From: Alkalispirochaeta sp.
GTDB taxonomy: Bacteria > Spirochaetota > Spirochaetia > DSM-27196 > Alkalispirochaetaceae
Assembly (NCBI GenBank): GCA_965601925.1
Contig: OZ271854.1
Location: forward strand, 3,488,001-3,552,000
Reading direction: 5' to 3'
Length of the DNA stretch: 64,000 bases
Positions 48,679-58,267 of this stretch are shown here, piece by piece (within the stretch, counting starts at the first letter, position 1; every line of letters begins with the position of its first letter). The notes under the pieces are model-generated. The model had not been told where the DNA came from. It worked only from the letters and a program-made list of their open reading frames with translations, and did no database searches. The position numbers and the translations under genes are program-made.

Positions 48679-50249
48679 TCTACGACTCCCTGTTGTTCCC
48701 ACCGCCGAGTAGTGAGGTCGTGATACAACCACGCAGTAGCGGCACCCGACCGCGCGACGTAGTAGTACTCCCGCACTACGGGAGCATCCCACCACCGTTG
48801 ATGAAGAGAAAACGGGCCGGTGATGACGGGTGCGTCGTACGGCGAGTGTGGAGAACGGGTAGAGCGGTGTCCCGTACGCGTATCGGCGGCGGCGTGCACA
48901 TCGGAACGTACCGCTCGGCGAGGAGACAAAAAGATACGGCGGATCGAGCGTCCGATCTCGATCGAACGGGACGATTCGTCCGCAGGCGGCGGTGATGTGG
49001 CGGGTCTCTCGATCGGATACCACTCGAAACGGCGTTCGGGAATATGGTCGGCGACGATCCGGGCGCAACGGACGGCATCGTTACCGAATGCCGCGCGAAT
49101 CATGGAAAACGCGCGCTCACCGGAACGCGCCGTACGCTCGATCGCCCCGGCAAAGAGCGTCGTCTGGCGATAGGCGATCGCGGCCGACCGGGCCGAGAGC
49201 GTTACGAGATCGATTCCGCTCGATGCGCCGTTCCCCCCGCTCTTTCGCCCACCGTTTCGCGATGTGCCGCGGTGTTCGTACATGCGGTTGAGTCGTAGCC
49301 GCAGGAGTCTTCGGTATACCGCCGCGTCACGCGTTGCCACGGCGCTTCGCACACGCTCGCGGTCGGTAGAGCCGTCTTCAAAGCGTAGCGTGAGATCGAT
49401 GTCGGAGATCGCCGTCTCCTCGCCGGTGATATTCGAGTAGAGCCGCTCCACCATAGCGTCCAGTACCATCTCAAGCCTTCCGAGATCGCGTATCGGATCA
49501 TCAAAAGAGTGTGTAACGGTATTGGGAGCGGACCATTCGCGGGGTTGAATCGGCGCTTCGCTCTCCTCAGAGGCGAGAAGCGTCGATAGTATGCGCGCAT
49601 CCCGTGGAAAACGTCTGCGAAGCGTCTCCGACGGAAGGGTCCGCAGCCGTCCGATGGTATGAATATCGAGGCGGTGCAGGAGCGCAATGGTGTCCGGCTC
49701 GATGGGAAGGTGGTCGATAGGGGCCGATTCGTACGCCTCACGCTCTTCGCGTGGCGAGGAGAAGATGCGCGAATCGTCAAGCGCCTTCGTCGCCAGATAG
49801 GTATCGAATCGACTGTATCCGATACCTACCCGAGCCGTGAAACCGTACGCGGCGACGAGCGATGTCACTCTTCCCATCCAGCGGTAGTGAGATCCGAACA
49901 GCGACTCCAAGCCGATCGGGTTGAGCCAGAAGACGCCGGTATCGAAATCGCAGCGCTCCACATCGGGACTCATCGACGACAATGCGCGTTCCACCTCTTC
50001 GAGTGCGGCGGTCTCCGTATCGAGCGAGACGGCGTGGGCGCGAAGGTGCGGCTCGATCGAAAGACCGTGCGAATAGCGCATGCCGACGCATACGCCGCTG
50101 TCGATAGCACGGCGATTGGCGTGGGTGATCATGCCCGAGGCGGCCTCTCGGTCGACCACGGCGATAGGCGTCGTGTGACGATCGTCGTAGGTGCGTATTA
50201 AAACCTGCAGCCGAAATGCGTCGATGCTAACGCAGGCCCACCGGCGCAT
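48675..50249 (-). CDS. imuB: ImuB, inactive Y-family polymerase
   Basis: Y-family-like N-terminus lacking catalytic acids, QTTLF clamp motif, HIPE, GP.....WW...REYY, WLY, QG.VD. Confidence 0.88.
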   Translation of the reverse strand: MRRWACVSIDAFRLQVLIRTYDDRHTTPIAVVDREAASGMITHANRRAIDSGVCVGMRYSHGLSIEPHLRAHAVSLDTETAALEEVERALSSMSPDVERCDFDTGVFWLNPIGLESLFGSHYRWMGRVTSLVAAYGFTARVGIGYSRFDTYLATKALDDSRIFSSPREEREAYESAPIDHLPIEPDTIALLHRLDIHTIGRLRTLPSETLRRRFPRDARILSTLLASEESEAPIQPREWSAPNTVTHSFDDPIRDLGRLEMVLDAMVERLYSNITGEETAISDIDLTLRFEDGSTDRERVRSAVATRDAAVYRRLLRLRLNRMYEHRGTSRNGGRKSGGNGASSGIDLVTLSARSAAIAYRQTTLFAGAIERTARSGERAFSMIRAAFGNDAVRCARIVADHIPERRFEWYPIERPATSPPPADESSRSIEIGRSIRRIFLSPRRAVRSDVHAAADTRTGHRSTRSPHSPYDAPVITGPFSLHQRWWDAPVVREYYYVARSGAATAWLYHDLTTRRWEQQGVVD

Positions 50250-50793
50250 CGTATGTTCCCTCGTAACGTGCGCCGGGACCTCGACGCTTGTCCTTTATGA
50301 TCGCCAGGCCGGAGTGCACGATACCATTCTCGCTTACCCGCGATGAGACTACCCCGCGATAGGTCACCATGGAACCCAGCGACTCCGCATCGTTCGATTT
50401 AATCGTCAGGAACACCAGCCCGGTGCCGGAGCGACGCACGAGGTGTTGTAACCGCGCAAGAGATGAGTCGGTGACGACCGTCTGCTCTCCCAGATCGACG
50501 ACGACCAACGCGAATGCATCGGATCGTAACAACCAATCAGCGACCTTCGTCGCCGCATACGAAGTCTGTACGCGAATCACCGGGATCAGGGCGAGATCGA
50601 TACCCTGGTCGGCAACGTCGGGAGGATAGAAGATGCTCTCCGTCGCGCTTACCCACACAACGGCGTTGCCGGCGACGATAGCTTGGGCGACGAGGGATAT
50701 CGCGACGGTAAGCCCGCCGCTGGGGTAGGCCTGAGAAATTTCGCTGATACATGCGTATAGGTCGGATACGCGAAGCGACGATAAACCGGACAT
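50227..50793 (-). CDS. imuA: ImuA, RecA-like protein
   Basis: Degenerate P-loop, FYPPD.A..GIDL, LLRS.AF.LVVVDL, SLGS, KDKRRGPG; first gene of cassette. Confidence 0.85.
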   Translation of the reverse strand: MSGLSSLRVSDLYACISEISQAYPSGGLTVAISLVAQAIVAGNAVVWVSATESIFYPPDVADQGIDLALIPVIRVQTSYAATKVADWLLRSDAFALVVVDLGEQTVVTDSSLARLQHLVRRSGTGLVFLTIKSNDAESLGSMVTYRGVVSSRVSENGIVHSGLAIIKDKRRGPGARYEGTYDAPVGLR

Positions 50794-50797
50794 AGTA

Positions 50798-50828
50798 TTA
50801 CTATACATATGTTAAGTAAAAATCGCAA
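50798..50828 (-). promoter_or_regulatory. imuA promoter with overlapping 22-bp palindrome (candidate LexA/SOS box)
   Basis: TTGCGA, 17 bp, TATAGT, 6 nt, ATG; TTACTATACATATGTTAAGTAA at 50798-50819. Confidence 0.7.
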
Positions 50829-50908
50829 GGAGCAATGCGCACTGCATCCGTCCGTCACGGACGGCGCTCATCGTGTACGAGTCGGGTTCCCGGGATGAGG
50901 AAGGTAAT

Positions 50909-51208
50909 CTATCGCGGGCCTGCCGTACCGACGAGTATGAGAAAAAGATTGAGAATCGGCAGTGCGATGACGGCAAGCGCTCCCCGGTGGCGTTTCGTCG
51001 CGAACAGCGTCCAGGCGATAATGACCGACAGCACGATAACGACGGGTAACGCCGTCATACTGTAAACCATGAGGAGCGTGCCGAAGCCGGTTCCACCGGC
51101 GGCCAACATAGGAGAGAATATCGCCGCCATGAAGCTGTGAAAAAGTCCGGCACCGTAGACGACGGTACAAAGAATCAAAATCCGGCGCGCCGTTTTTCTC
51201 TCGACCAT
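50909..51208 (-). CDS. Small 3-TM hypothetical membrane protein
   Basis: Three hydrophobic segments; TAATG overlap with upstream gene. Confidence 0.7.
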   Translation of the reverse strand: MVERKTARRILILCTVVYGAGLFHSFMAAIFSPMLAAGGTGFGTLLMVYSMTALPVVIVLSVIIAWTLFATKRHRGALAVIALPILNLFLILVGTAGPR

Positions 51209-51711
51209 TACGAACCTTGCATCCCGTACAACGGAAACGAGACTCTCATACCGCCTATCGCCTCCACGGTACGAAAGTCGGTAAGAGCACGGACATACAC
51301 CGACGGAATGAACACGGGACGTTCAAAGGCGATGATTGAAAAAAATGCGAAGGGAAAATAGAAAATGTCGATCTCACCCACCGCATACAGCGAGGTTTCA
51401 CCGTCTTCCATATCAACCGCTATCCCGGGGTTGAGCAAACCGAAGATCGACATTCCGGTTACCGTGACTCGATGACGGCCTTCCGCCGGAATTATCTCGT
51501 ATCCGCCCTCGAAGGAGGTAAGGCTCACGGCCCGGCGACGCGCAAAGTCGAACGTCTTGATCGATGCACCGTATGACGACCCCGCGTACTCATCCGAAAA
51601 CGCCGAAAAGAGGGAAGGCATGACCAGGGTCGTGTGACTGTCGGGTGATTGCTCTTCAGCGCCGAGAAGACTTGAAAAGAATATCAGCACGCCGACGACG
51701 CTGGAACGCAC
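51208..51711 (-). CDS. Hypothetical exported (beta-strand-rich) protein
   Basis: Signal peptide ...SLLGA; alternating aromatic/hydrophobic pattern; TGtTATAAT 7 nt before GTG. Confidence 0.65.
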   Translation of the reverse strand: MRSSVVGVLIFFSSLLGAEEQSPDSHTTLVMPSLFSAFSDEYAGSSYGASIKTFDFARRRAVSLTSFEGGYEIIPAEGRHRVTVTGMSIFGLLNPGIAVDMEDGETSLYAVGEIDIFYFPFAFFSIIAFERPVFIPSVYVRALTDFRTVEAIGGMRVSFPLYGMQGS

Positions 51712-51873
51712 GACGACGATTATAACACGGTGCAGTTCGATGATCCGGCCTATGATTTCCCCGGTATGAAATGACGTGGAACGGCACCATCGCTCCTCCG
51801 CCGCACCGTCTATTCCTACCGCACGACATCCCGGGAGGGCGACGTGTCGATACGCATCCGCGGGCCAAAAAGA

Positions 51874-51921
51874 TTGACCGATTAATTGGTAAGTGTTAAC
51901 TTACGGTAAGTTGTGACTTAC
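51874..51921 (+). promoter_or_regulatory. ArsR promoter with tandem palindromic operators
   Basis: TTGACC, 17 bp, TAACTT; GTAAG-N6-CTTAC at 51889-51904 and 51906-51921. Confidence 0.7.
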
Positions 51922-52227
51922 GGAATAGTATTTGAGTGCATTGCCGACTCGACGCGACGGGAGATCCTCGCCATCCTCAAAGGCGGTGAGCTACCGGTGG
52001 GCGCAATCGCGACGCGCGTGTCCGTGAGTCGTCCGGCCGTATCGCAACATCTTCGGATACTTGCCGATGCACGACTCGTCGTTCGCAGACGGGAGGGGAC
52101 GCGGAACTACTATCGTCTCGAGCGATACGGATTTGATCGGATAAAGGCGTATGCAGAGGAGTTTTGGGATGATGTACTGCGCTCGTACTCGGCCGCAGCG
52201 AAAGGAGACTGTCATGACGACGATTGA
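51913..52227 (+). CDS. ArsR/SmtB-family regulator
   Basis: IADSTRREIL, VSRPAVSQHLRIL..A.LV..RREGTR.YY, FW. Confidence 0.9.
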   Translation: MTYGIVFECIADSTRREILAILKGGELPVGAIATRVSVSRPAVSQHLRILADARLVVRRREGTRNYYRLERYGFDRIKAYAEEFWDDVLRSYSAAAKGDCHDDD

Positions 52228-52666
52228 ACCGATCCGTAAAACGGTCCGCGTGGCGCTGACGCCCTCAGACGCCTATGCATTGTTCACCGAACGGATCGAT
52301 AGCTGGTGGCCCATCGCCTCCCATTCGGTCGGTGGCGAGCGCGCCCGTACCGTTGTATTGGAACCGGGAATCGGTGGACGAGTCTATGAGGTACTCGACG
52401 ACGGAACGGAATCGGACTGGGGACGCATCACCGCGTGGGACGTCCCGGCGATGGTTGCGTTTACGTGGCACCCCGGGAGACCGGTCGATACCGCCGGGGT
52501 CGTGACGGTCGAGTTCGTCGCCGAAGGGCGGGAGACGGTGGTAACGTTGACCCACGACGGTTGGGAACGGCTCGGCGAGAGCGCTACGGAGATACGCAGT
52601 GGGTACGACACGGGATGGGACTTTGTGTTCGGGCAACGGTTCGCCGCCGCCGCCGACGGTCGGTAA
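52214..52666 (+). CDS. SRPBCC (AHA1/START-like) protein
   Basis: AAGGAG RBS; FTE.I..WWP, GGR.YE, WG.I..W..P, V.LTH.GWE, GW. Confidence 0.88.
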   Translation: MTTIEPIRKTVRVALTPSDAYALFTERIDSWWPIASHSVGGERARTVVLEPGIGGRVYEVLDDGTESDWGRITAWDVPAMVAFTWHPGRPVDTAGVVTVEFVAEGRETVVTLTHDGWERLGESATEIRSGYDTGWDFVFGQRFAAAADGR

Positions 52667-52980
52667 AGACGGCGTCCGACCGACGCCCACGACAGTTGCT
52701 ATAACGCCGCCGACCGTCGACGCTCGTGGTTTCTCCTTTCCACGGGTACGGCCCTTCGGGCCGAGGAATGCAAACAATGGCGTCTTGTCGGCAATCGTAT
52801 CCTCCCCGGGACGTTCTTGTTATACGGAATGAATGTATCGATATGTATCTCGCGAATGATTGTTGCTCGGCGTATTATTGTTCTATGCTGTAGCTAACTA
52901 CCCCTACCGCTTCCGTGTGTAGAGGCGCCAAAAATAGTCTCCAAAACTTGCGTAAATTATACTGTACTCGGAGTGTAGCA

Positions 52981-54741
52981 ATGCATATTGAATCTGATAC
53001 CGTGCCCCCGTTCGCCGAAGCGAACGCCCATGCCGGCGCGCGTACCCCTGAGGCGGTGATTGCCGCGGCACGTACCGCATGGGAGCGATCTCTCGAAGCA
53101 CCTGAGGAGGCCGAGCGCGCGCTTCAGAAGCTCCTCGTCGAGCCCGTGGTGAAGGCGCATCCGTATGCGAGGGCGCTCCTTCTGCGGGTACAGTGTTATC
53201 TCGAGGTGTGGCGCGGTGACACTCATGCGGCGTATGCCAGCGGCGTAGAGGCGGAGCGCTTGCTCGAAGCGGCGACCGACGATATCGAGGACGACTCCAA
53301 TGAGTTGGCCCTCGATAAAGCGACCGTTGCCTATCTATTAAGCACCATCGCGCTCATGATCGGGTCGTTCGACCGAGCGTTCCATTACGGCTCCGAGAGC
53401 CTTAGGCAGGCCGAAGCCGCCGGAGAGACTCGTTGGATCGCCTGGGCGCACGATGCGTTGAGCGCCTTTTATCTGGAGACCGGTGAGCTCGATGCGGCGG
53501 AGACCGAAGCGTGTGCCGCCCTCGACCGATTCGATGCCATAGGCTACGACGTCGGCCGGATCAGGATGCTGGGTCGTCTCGGCGATTTGGCGGCAAAAAA
53601 ACGGGACTGGGAAGGTTCGATCGGCTATTATCGTCGGGGGCTCGAAGTTCCCGGTCTACCGGCGCGTATGGTCCACTTCTCGCGCATCGGCTACGCGTCG
53701 GCTCTGGTCGAACTCAACCGTCTCGAGGAGGCCCAGAGCGTCTTCGAGGTCGCGTTCGCCGAGGAACACGGCGACGACGTCGGCTCCGCTACGTTGCGCA
53801 TCGGCTACGCGGCGCTGCTGCGCAAGGAGAAGCGACCTCACGAGGCGATCGAGCAGTTGCTCAATGCGTGGGATAAGGCGTCCAAGCAAGACCTTGCCGC
53901 CGAAAAGGATCGCATCTGCCGCGAGCTGTCCGAAGTCTACGAAGAAGACGGAAATGCGGTCCAGGCGCTCGCGTGGGCGCGGCGATACCAACAAGCGCAT
54001 GAGGAGTTCTTTGAGCAGGAACGGGCGCGAGATCTCCGTAACGCCCAAGTGCGGATCGCCGTAGAACGGAGCCGGGCGGAGGCCGATTGGGAGCGACGCA
54101 AAAACACCGAAATCGAGGAGTTGTTACACAACATACTGCCCATCAGTGTCGCCCGGGAGCTTCGCGAAACGGGAAGGGCCGAACCGATTTTGCACCCGGA
54201 GGTCACCGTCCTGTTTGCCGATTTCGTCAACTTTACAGCGCACGCGGCGACACTTTCACCTACCGAGCTGGTCGATACCTTGAACCGCGCCTTTACGCGG
54301 TTTGACGGCGTCATCGAGTACCACGGATTGGAGAAGCTCAAAACCATGGGTGATGCGTACATGGCGGTAAGCGGCGCGCCCGAAGCGAGGAACGACCACG
54401 CCGTTCGGCTCGCCCGAGCCGCTCACGATATGATTGACGTGGCCGCCGACTTGCGCGTCGAACTCGGAACCGGCGATGCGTGGCACCTTAGGATCGGGAT
54501 GCACTCGGGACCGATCGTCGCCGGAGTCGTCGGGCAGATAAAGTTCGCCTACGATATTTGGGGAAGTACCGTCAATCTTGCAAGTCGTTTGGAAGAGGCG
54601 AGTCTCCCCGATCGGATCACCGTAAGCGCGCATACCGCCGAGCTCTTGAGGGAGGCATTCGAGATTTCCCACAACGGTACGGTCGAGCTCAAAGGTGCGG
54701 GGCGGCAAGATATCTATCTGGTGGGCGACCCGCTGGAGTAG
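52981..54741 (+). CDS. TPR-repeat class III adenylate cyclase
   Basis: Helical repeats then LL.NILP, LFADFVNFT, KTMGDAYM, RIGMHSGP, YDIWG.TVNLASRLE. Confidence 0.9.
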   Translation: MHIESDTVPPFAEANAHAGARTPEAVIAAARTAWERSLEAPEEAERALQKLLVEPVVKAHPYARALLLRVQCYLEVWRGDTHAAYASGVEAERLLEAATDDIEDDSNELALDKATVAYLLSTIALMIGSFDRAFHYGSESLRQAEAAGETRWIAWAHDALSAFYLETGELDAAETEACAALDRFDAIGYDVGRIRMLGRLGDLAAKKRDWEGSIGYYRRGLEVPGLPARMVHFSRIGYASALVELNRLEEAQSVFEVAFAEEHGDDVGSATLRIGYAALLRKEKRPHEAIEQLLNAWDKASKQDLAAEKDRICRELSEVYEEDGNAVQALAWARRYQQAHEEFFEQERARDLRNAQVRIAVERSRAEADWERRKNTEIEELLHNILPISVARELRETGRAEPILHPEVTVLFADFVNFTAHAATLSPTELVDTLNRAFTRFDGVIEYHGLEKLKTMGDAYMAVSGAPEARNDHAVRLARAAHDMIDVAADLRVELGTGDAWHLRIGMHSGPIVAGVVGQIKFAYDIWGSTVNLASRLEEASLPDRITVSAHTAELLREAFEISHNGTVELKGAGRQDIYLVGDPLE

Positions 54742-54817
54742 GCGACGCACCACCGCCCCGCGGCGGTGCGACTCTATCCCGGTACCGTACGGCGGACCCG
54801 TCGTCCGAAAGCTGCCG

Positions 54818-55471
54818 TTACGGGTCCGGCTCGTATTTCACCGTGCAATCGCCGATAAGATTGAGCCCCACCAGTTCTACCTCCAGAGGAGGTTGCGCAG
54901 TGCCGTGAGACGTCGGGGGATAGGAGCGGTCGCGACGTTTTTTTCTGCGCCGCTTCGTCCGTGAGTCGCCGAGCAACACCCCGATGCGCCGGTTTACCGA
55001 TGCGTTCGCCGGCACGTAGACGGTTACGTCACCGACTATGCCGACGTGTACGATCCTGACCCGATTGAAACGATGAGCCACATCGGTAAGATCGATACGC
55101 ACGTCGCCGAGGATGGAGATCACCGTGTTGATCGGCGTACCAATATCGATACCGGCGATCGATTTGTCACCGATCAGGTTGATGTGTCTACTCGAACCCG
55201 ATCGCAATTCGTGCCGTTCGACTGCGAGGTGCGGTCGTTCATTCGTCGAATGTAGAAACGAGATCGTATCGGGAGGAAAGTCGTATACGACGCGCCGGAG
55301 CGCCTCGACGGAGGTCGCTTCCTGGACGAGCGCAAGACGGCGCTCAAGCTCTTCCATCTCGATCTCGTTTTCCGTATACGCGTCGCTGAGTACCTCTTCT
55401 ACCCGTGAGCGGAGTTTCGGTAATCCGTAGACCGTGTGTCCCGCCCGTTCCGGCGGATGTTCGTTTTTCAT
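54818..55471 (-). CDS. DUF1707 (SHOCT-like) plus LiaF/DUF2154-like protein
   Basis: R..V.EVLSDAY...I..EELERRL; repeated G-D beta motifs (LGDVRIDL, GDVTVYVP). Confidence 0.75.
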   Translation of the reverse strand: MKNEHPPERAGHTVYGLPKLRSRVEEVLSDAYTENEIEMEELERRLALVQEATSVEALRRVVYDFPPDTISFLHSTNERPHLAVERHELRSGSSRHINLIGDKSIAGIDIGTPINTVISILGDVRIDLTDVAHRFNRVRIVHVGIVGDVTVYVPANASVNRRIGVLLGDSRTKRRRKKRRDRSYPPTSHGTAQPPLEVELVGLNLIGDCTVKYEPDP

Positions 55472-55711
55472 AGAACGACCGATATGATACGGCGTCGTTT
55501 GAGGCTATGACAAGCGCGATCGCCGTACTCGTCGCTAATCCGGATGTGATCCTCTCGATCGCACGTGCCGTGCAAAACCTCGAAGGCTTCATGGTATCAA
55601 CGACCTCGTTGAACGAACCGCCGTAACTGCGTATCTGTGAATGAGCGACCGACGTAACACACCGGAAGGTCGTCACCGAGCGACGCGCGTGTCGTCTATC
55701 CTGTGGCCCGA

Positions 55712-56212
55712 TTACCCTCGGGATCGAGGCGATCCGTATCCGGTCCCCAAGGCGTCGTTACGACGGAGCACCCTCGATTGCGTTTCGATATTCGTAGTCC
55801 GCTGGGCCCCGGGATGCTGGTCGTTCACCTGCAGTAGGTCCCATAGGTTTCCGTATAGATCTTGAAATACCGCTACCGTGCCGTACGGGGCGTGCTTGGG
55901 CTCTCTCACGAACACAACGCCGCGGGAGAGCATCTCGTGGTAGTCCCTCCAGAAGTTATCGGTGTTGAGAAACAAAAAGACCCTTCCGCCGGTTTGATCT
56001 CCGATACGAGTCTTTTGTTCGGCCGTCGAAGCCTTTGCCAGAAGAAGTGTCGTTCCGGTCGAGCCCGGCGGTGCGACCACGACCCAGCGTTTGTCCTGCT
56101 CCGGCTGGTAGGTATCGTCTACCAACGTGAAGTTGAGAGTCTTCGTGTAAAAGTCGATCGCCTCGTCGTAGTCTTCGACGACCAATGCGACGTGGATGAT
56201 TGATTGGTGCAT
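55712..56212 (-). CDS. VOC/glyoxalase-family protein
   Basis: ALVV.DYDEAI.FY, KRWVVV.PPG, G.QTGGRVFLFL.TD.F, PYGTVAVF.DLYGNLWDL. Confidence 0.92.
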   Translation of the reverse strand: MHQSIIHVALVVEDYDEAIDFYTKTLNFTLVDDTYQPEQDKRWVVVAPPGSTGTTLLLAKASTAEQKTRIGDQTGGRVFLFLNTDNFWRDYHEMLSRGVVFVREPKHAPYGTVAVFQDLYGNLWDLLQVNDQHPGAQRTTNIETQSRVLRRNDALGTGYGSPRSRG

Positions 56213-56309
56213 CGTTTCGCTCCCGTGACACCGTCGACCGCGACGCGTTCCCGTCGTTCCTACGTGACGGTCGTCCGACCCGCGCCCCTTTTCGCGTTCC
56301 GCTCAAGCC

Positions 56310-56657
56310 TCAGCCGGGCTGCTCCATGCCCTCGAGAACTCTGCGCTCTTCCGCGCTTCGCTCTACGAGGCGGTCGCAGACGATAGTGCAAAGGGCTTGA
56401 ATCGAGGGATCCTTAATACGGTAGTAGGCGTTGAGTCCTTGTTTACGCCGGGCGACGAAATCCTCGCGTGCCAGGAGATTGAGATGCTTGCTCACGTTCG
56501 CTTGGTGCTGTCCCGACGCCTCCACCAGTTCTCGGACGGTCATCTCTCCGGTGTTGATAAGGTGCATCAAAAGTTGTAGACGACTTAGTTCACCGAGCGT
56601 CTTAAATCGTCGGGCGATGCGGCTGAGGAGTTCGTCTGAGAAGTCGTAACGTGCCAT
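56310..56657 (-). CDS. ArsR-family regulator (possibly sulfur-responsive)
   Basis: RFKTLGE.SRL, QANVSKHL, RRKQG...YY, LCTIVC; divergent from sulfur operon. Confidence 0.88.
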   Translation of the reverse strand: MARYDFSDELLSRIARRFKTLGELSRLQLLMHLINTGEMTVRELVEASGQHQANVSKHLNLLAREDFVARRKQGLNAYYRIKDPSIQALCTIVCDRLVERSAEERRVLEGMEQPG

Positions 56658-56809
56658 GGCAACAGTAACAAGATAGGGCAGATTCCCGGGCGAATCAAAT
56701 CGCAATACAGGGCTTGTCGTCGACAGCAATATATTACTAAATTACTAATCAGTTGTATAACGAACATAAGTCTTTGTGAAAAGACACGTATCGATACGGG
56801 AGGTTTCGT

Positions 56810-58267
56810 ATGTTGTTTCGCATGCTCTACGACGAGAAGCTGGCTCAAGCGTCGTATCTCATCGGGTGTCAGCGCACCGAAGAGGCGATTGTGATCGATC
56901 CGGAACGCGATGTGGAGCGCTATCTCGACGTAGCGGCAGGAGAGGGGATGAACATTGTCGCCGTCGCGGAGACCCATATCCACGCCGACTTTCTCTCCGG
57001 CGCACGAGAGTTGGCGGAGAAGACCGGCGCTCTGTTATACCTTTCCGATGAGGGGGACGCGGACTGGAAGTACCGCTGGCTCGACAAGAGATCGGATGGT
57101 GGTAGCTACGATCATCGATTGGTAGTCGACGGCGATCGATTTCAAGTGGGAAATATCCACTTTGAAGTACTCTCCACACCGGGGCATACGCCGGAACACA
57201 TCAGTTTTCTCGTGACCGATCGGGGCGGGGGTGCCTCCGAGCCGATGGGCATTGCGACCGGGGATTTCGTCTTTGTGGGAGACGTAGGACGACCCGATCT
57301 CTTAGAGACCGCCGCCGGCGTGTCCGGCGCCAAGGAGGAGTCCGCCCGGACGCTGTATCGCTCCCTTCAGCGATTCAAGGAGTTGCCCGATTATCTCCAA
57401 GTTTGGCCGGGCCATGGTGCCGGTAGCGCGTGCGGTAAGGCGTTGGGGGCGGTCCCCCAGTCGACGGTCGGTTACGAGAAGCGTTTCAATCCGGCGATCG
57501 GTTCCGCTGAAGACGAAGGCCGTTTCCTCCATGAGGTCTTGCACGGTCAGACCGAGCCTCCTCTTTACTTCACGCGCATGAAGCGGGAAAACAAAGAGGG
57601 GCCGGCGCTGCTGGGGACACCCCCGACGCCCGCCCTCGTGCGTGTTGAGGCGATACAGGCGGCACGACGGGGTGGGGCGGTCGTACTGGATACGCGTGCG
57701 TGGGAGCTCTTTTCTCAAGGTCACCTCGACGGATCTCTCTATGCGCCGCTCCTCGGCTCCTTTCCCACCGTGGCCGGCTCCTACATCGACGATCCCACGA
57801 CGCCGATCTACCTCGTGATCGAGAACGAACGCGTCGATGAGGCCGTAATCGATTTGATTCGGATCGGACTTGACAACGTGGTCGGCTACATCGTTCCCGA
57901 TGCGATAACCGAGTGGGCAAAGAGGGGCGATGCGAAGCGAACGGCGAGTATGCATATCACCGATCTAGCGTCCGATCCTCTTCCGGCGGACGCGTTGATC
58001 CTGGACGTGCGGCGCGCCGATGAGTACGAGTCGGGACACATCGACGGAGCGCTCAATATCGCCCACACCCATATCGTGAAGCGGTTGGACGATGTCCCCC
58101 GGGATCGACCGCTCTTTGTCCACTGTAGAACGGACAATCGCTCGGCCCATGCGACGGCGCTCCTGCAGAGTCGCGGCTACGACGTGACCCATCTGCGGGG
58201 TGGAATAACGGCGTGGTTGGCCGCGTCCGGCGAGGTTACGGTACCGAAATCGGTCAAGATTCCATGA
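56810..58267 (+). CDS. Persulfide dioxygenase-rhodanese fusion (CstB-like MBL fold)
   Basis: ETHIHADFLSG, TPGHTPEH, GDVGRPDL, PGHGAGSACGK, two rhodanese domains, active site HCRTDNRS. Confidence 0.9.
   Translation: MLFRMLYDEKLAQASYLIGCQRTEEAIVIDPERDVERYLDVAAGEGMNIVAVAETHIHADFLSGARELAEKTGALLYLSDEGDADWKYRWLDKRSDGGSYDHRLVVDGDRFQVGNIHFEVLSTPGHTPEHISFLVTDRGGGASEPMGIATGDFVFVGDVGRPDLLETAAGVSGAKEESARTLYRSLQRFKELPDYLQVWPGHGAGSACGKALGAVPQSTVGYEKRFNPAIGSAEDEGRFLHEVLHGQTEPPLYFTRMKRENKEGPALLGTPPTPALVRVEAIQAARRGGAVVLDTRAWELFSQGHLDGSLYAPLLGSFPTVAGSYIDDPTTPIYLVIENERVDEAVIDLIRIGLDNVVGYIVPDAITEWAKRGDAKRTASMHITDLASDPLPADALILDVRRADEYESGHIDGALNIAHTHIVKRLDDVPRDRPLFVHCRTDNRSAHATALLQSRGYDVTHLRGGITAWLAASGEVTVPKSVKIP

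Noticed and set aside
48679..49068. N-terminal extension of DnaE2
   Set aside because: Overlaps imuB; homology begins at LAYAPLWCK, with a TTGA coupling at 48678
55500..55700. Possible GIY-YIG-like fragment (VCYVGRS...LRR) on the minus strand
   Set aside because: The match is only a few residues, has no start and has an in-frame stop; too weak without a search
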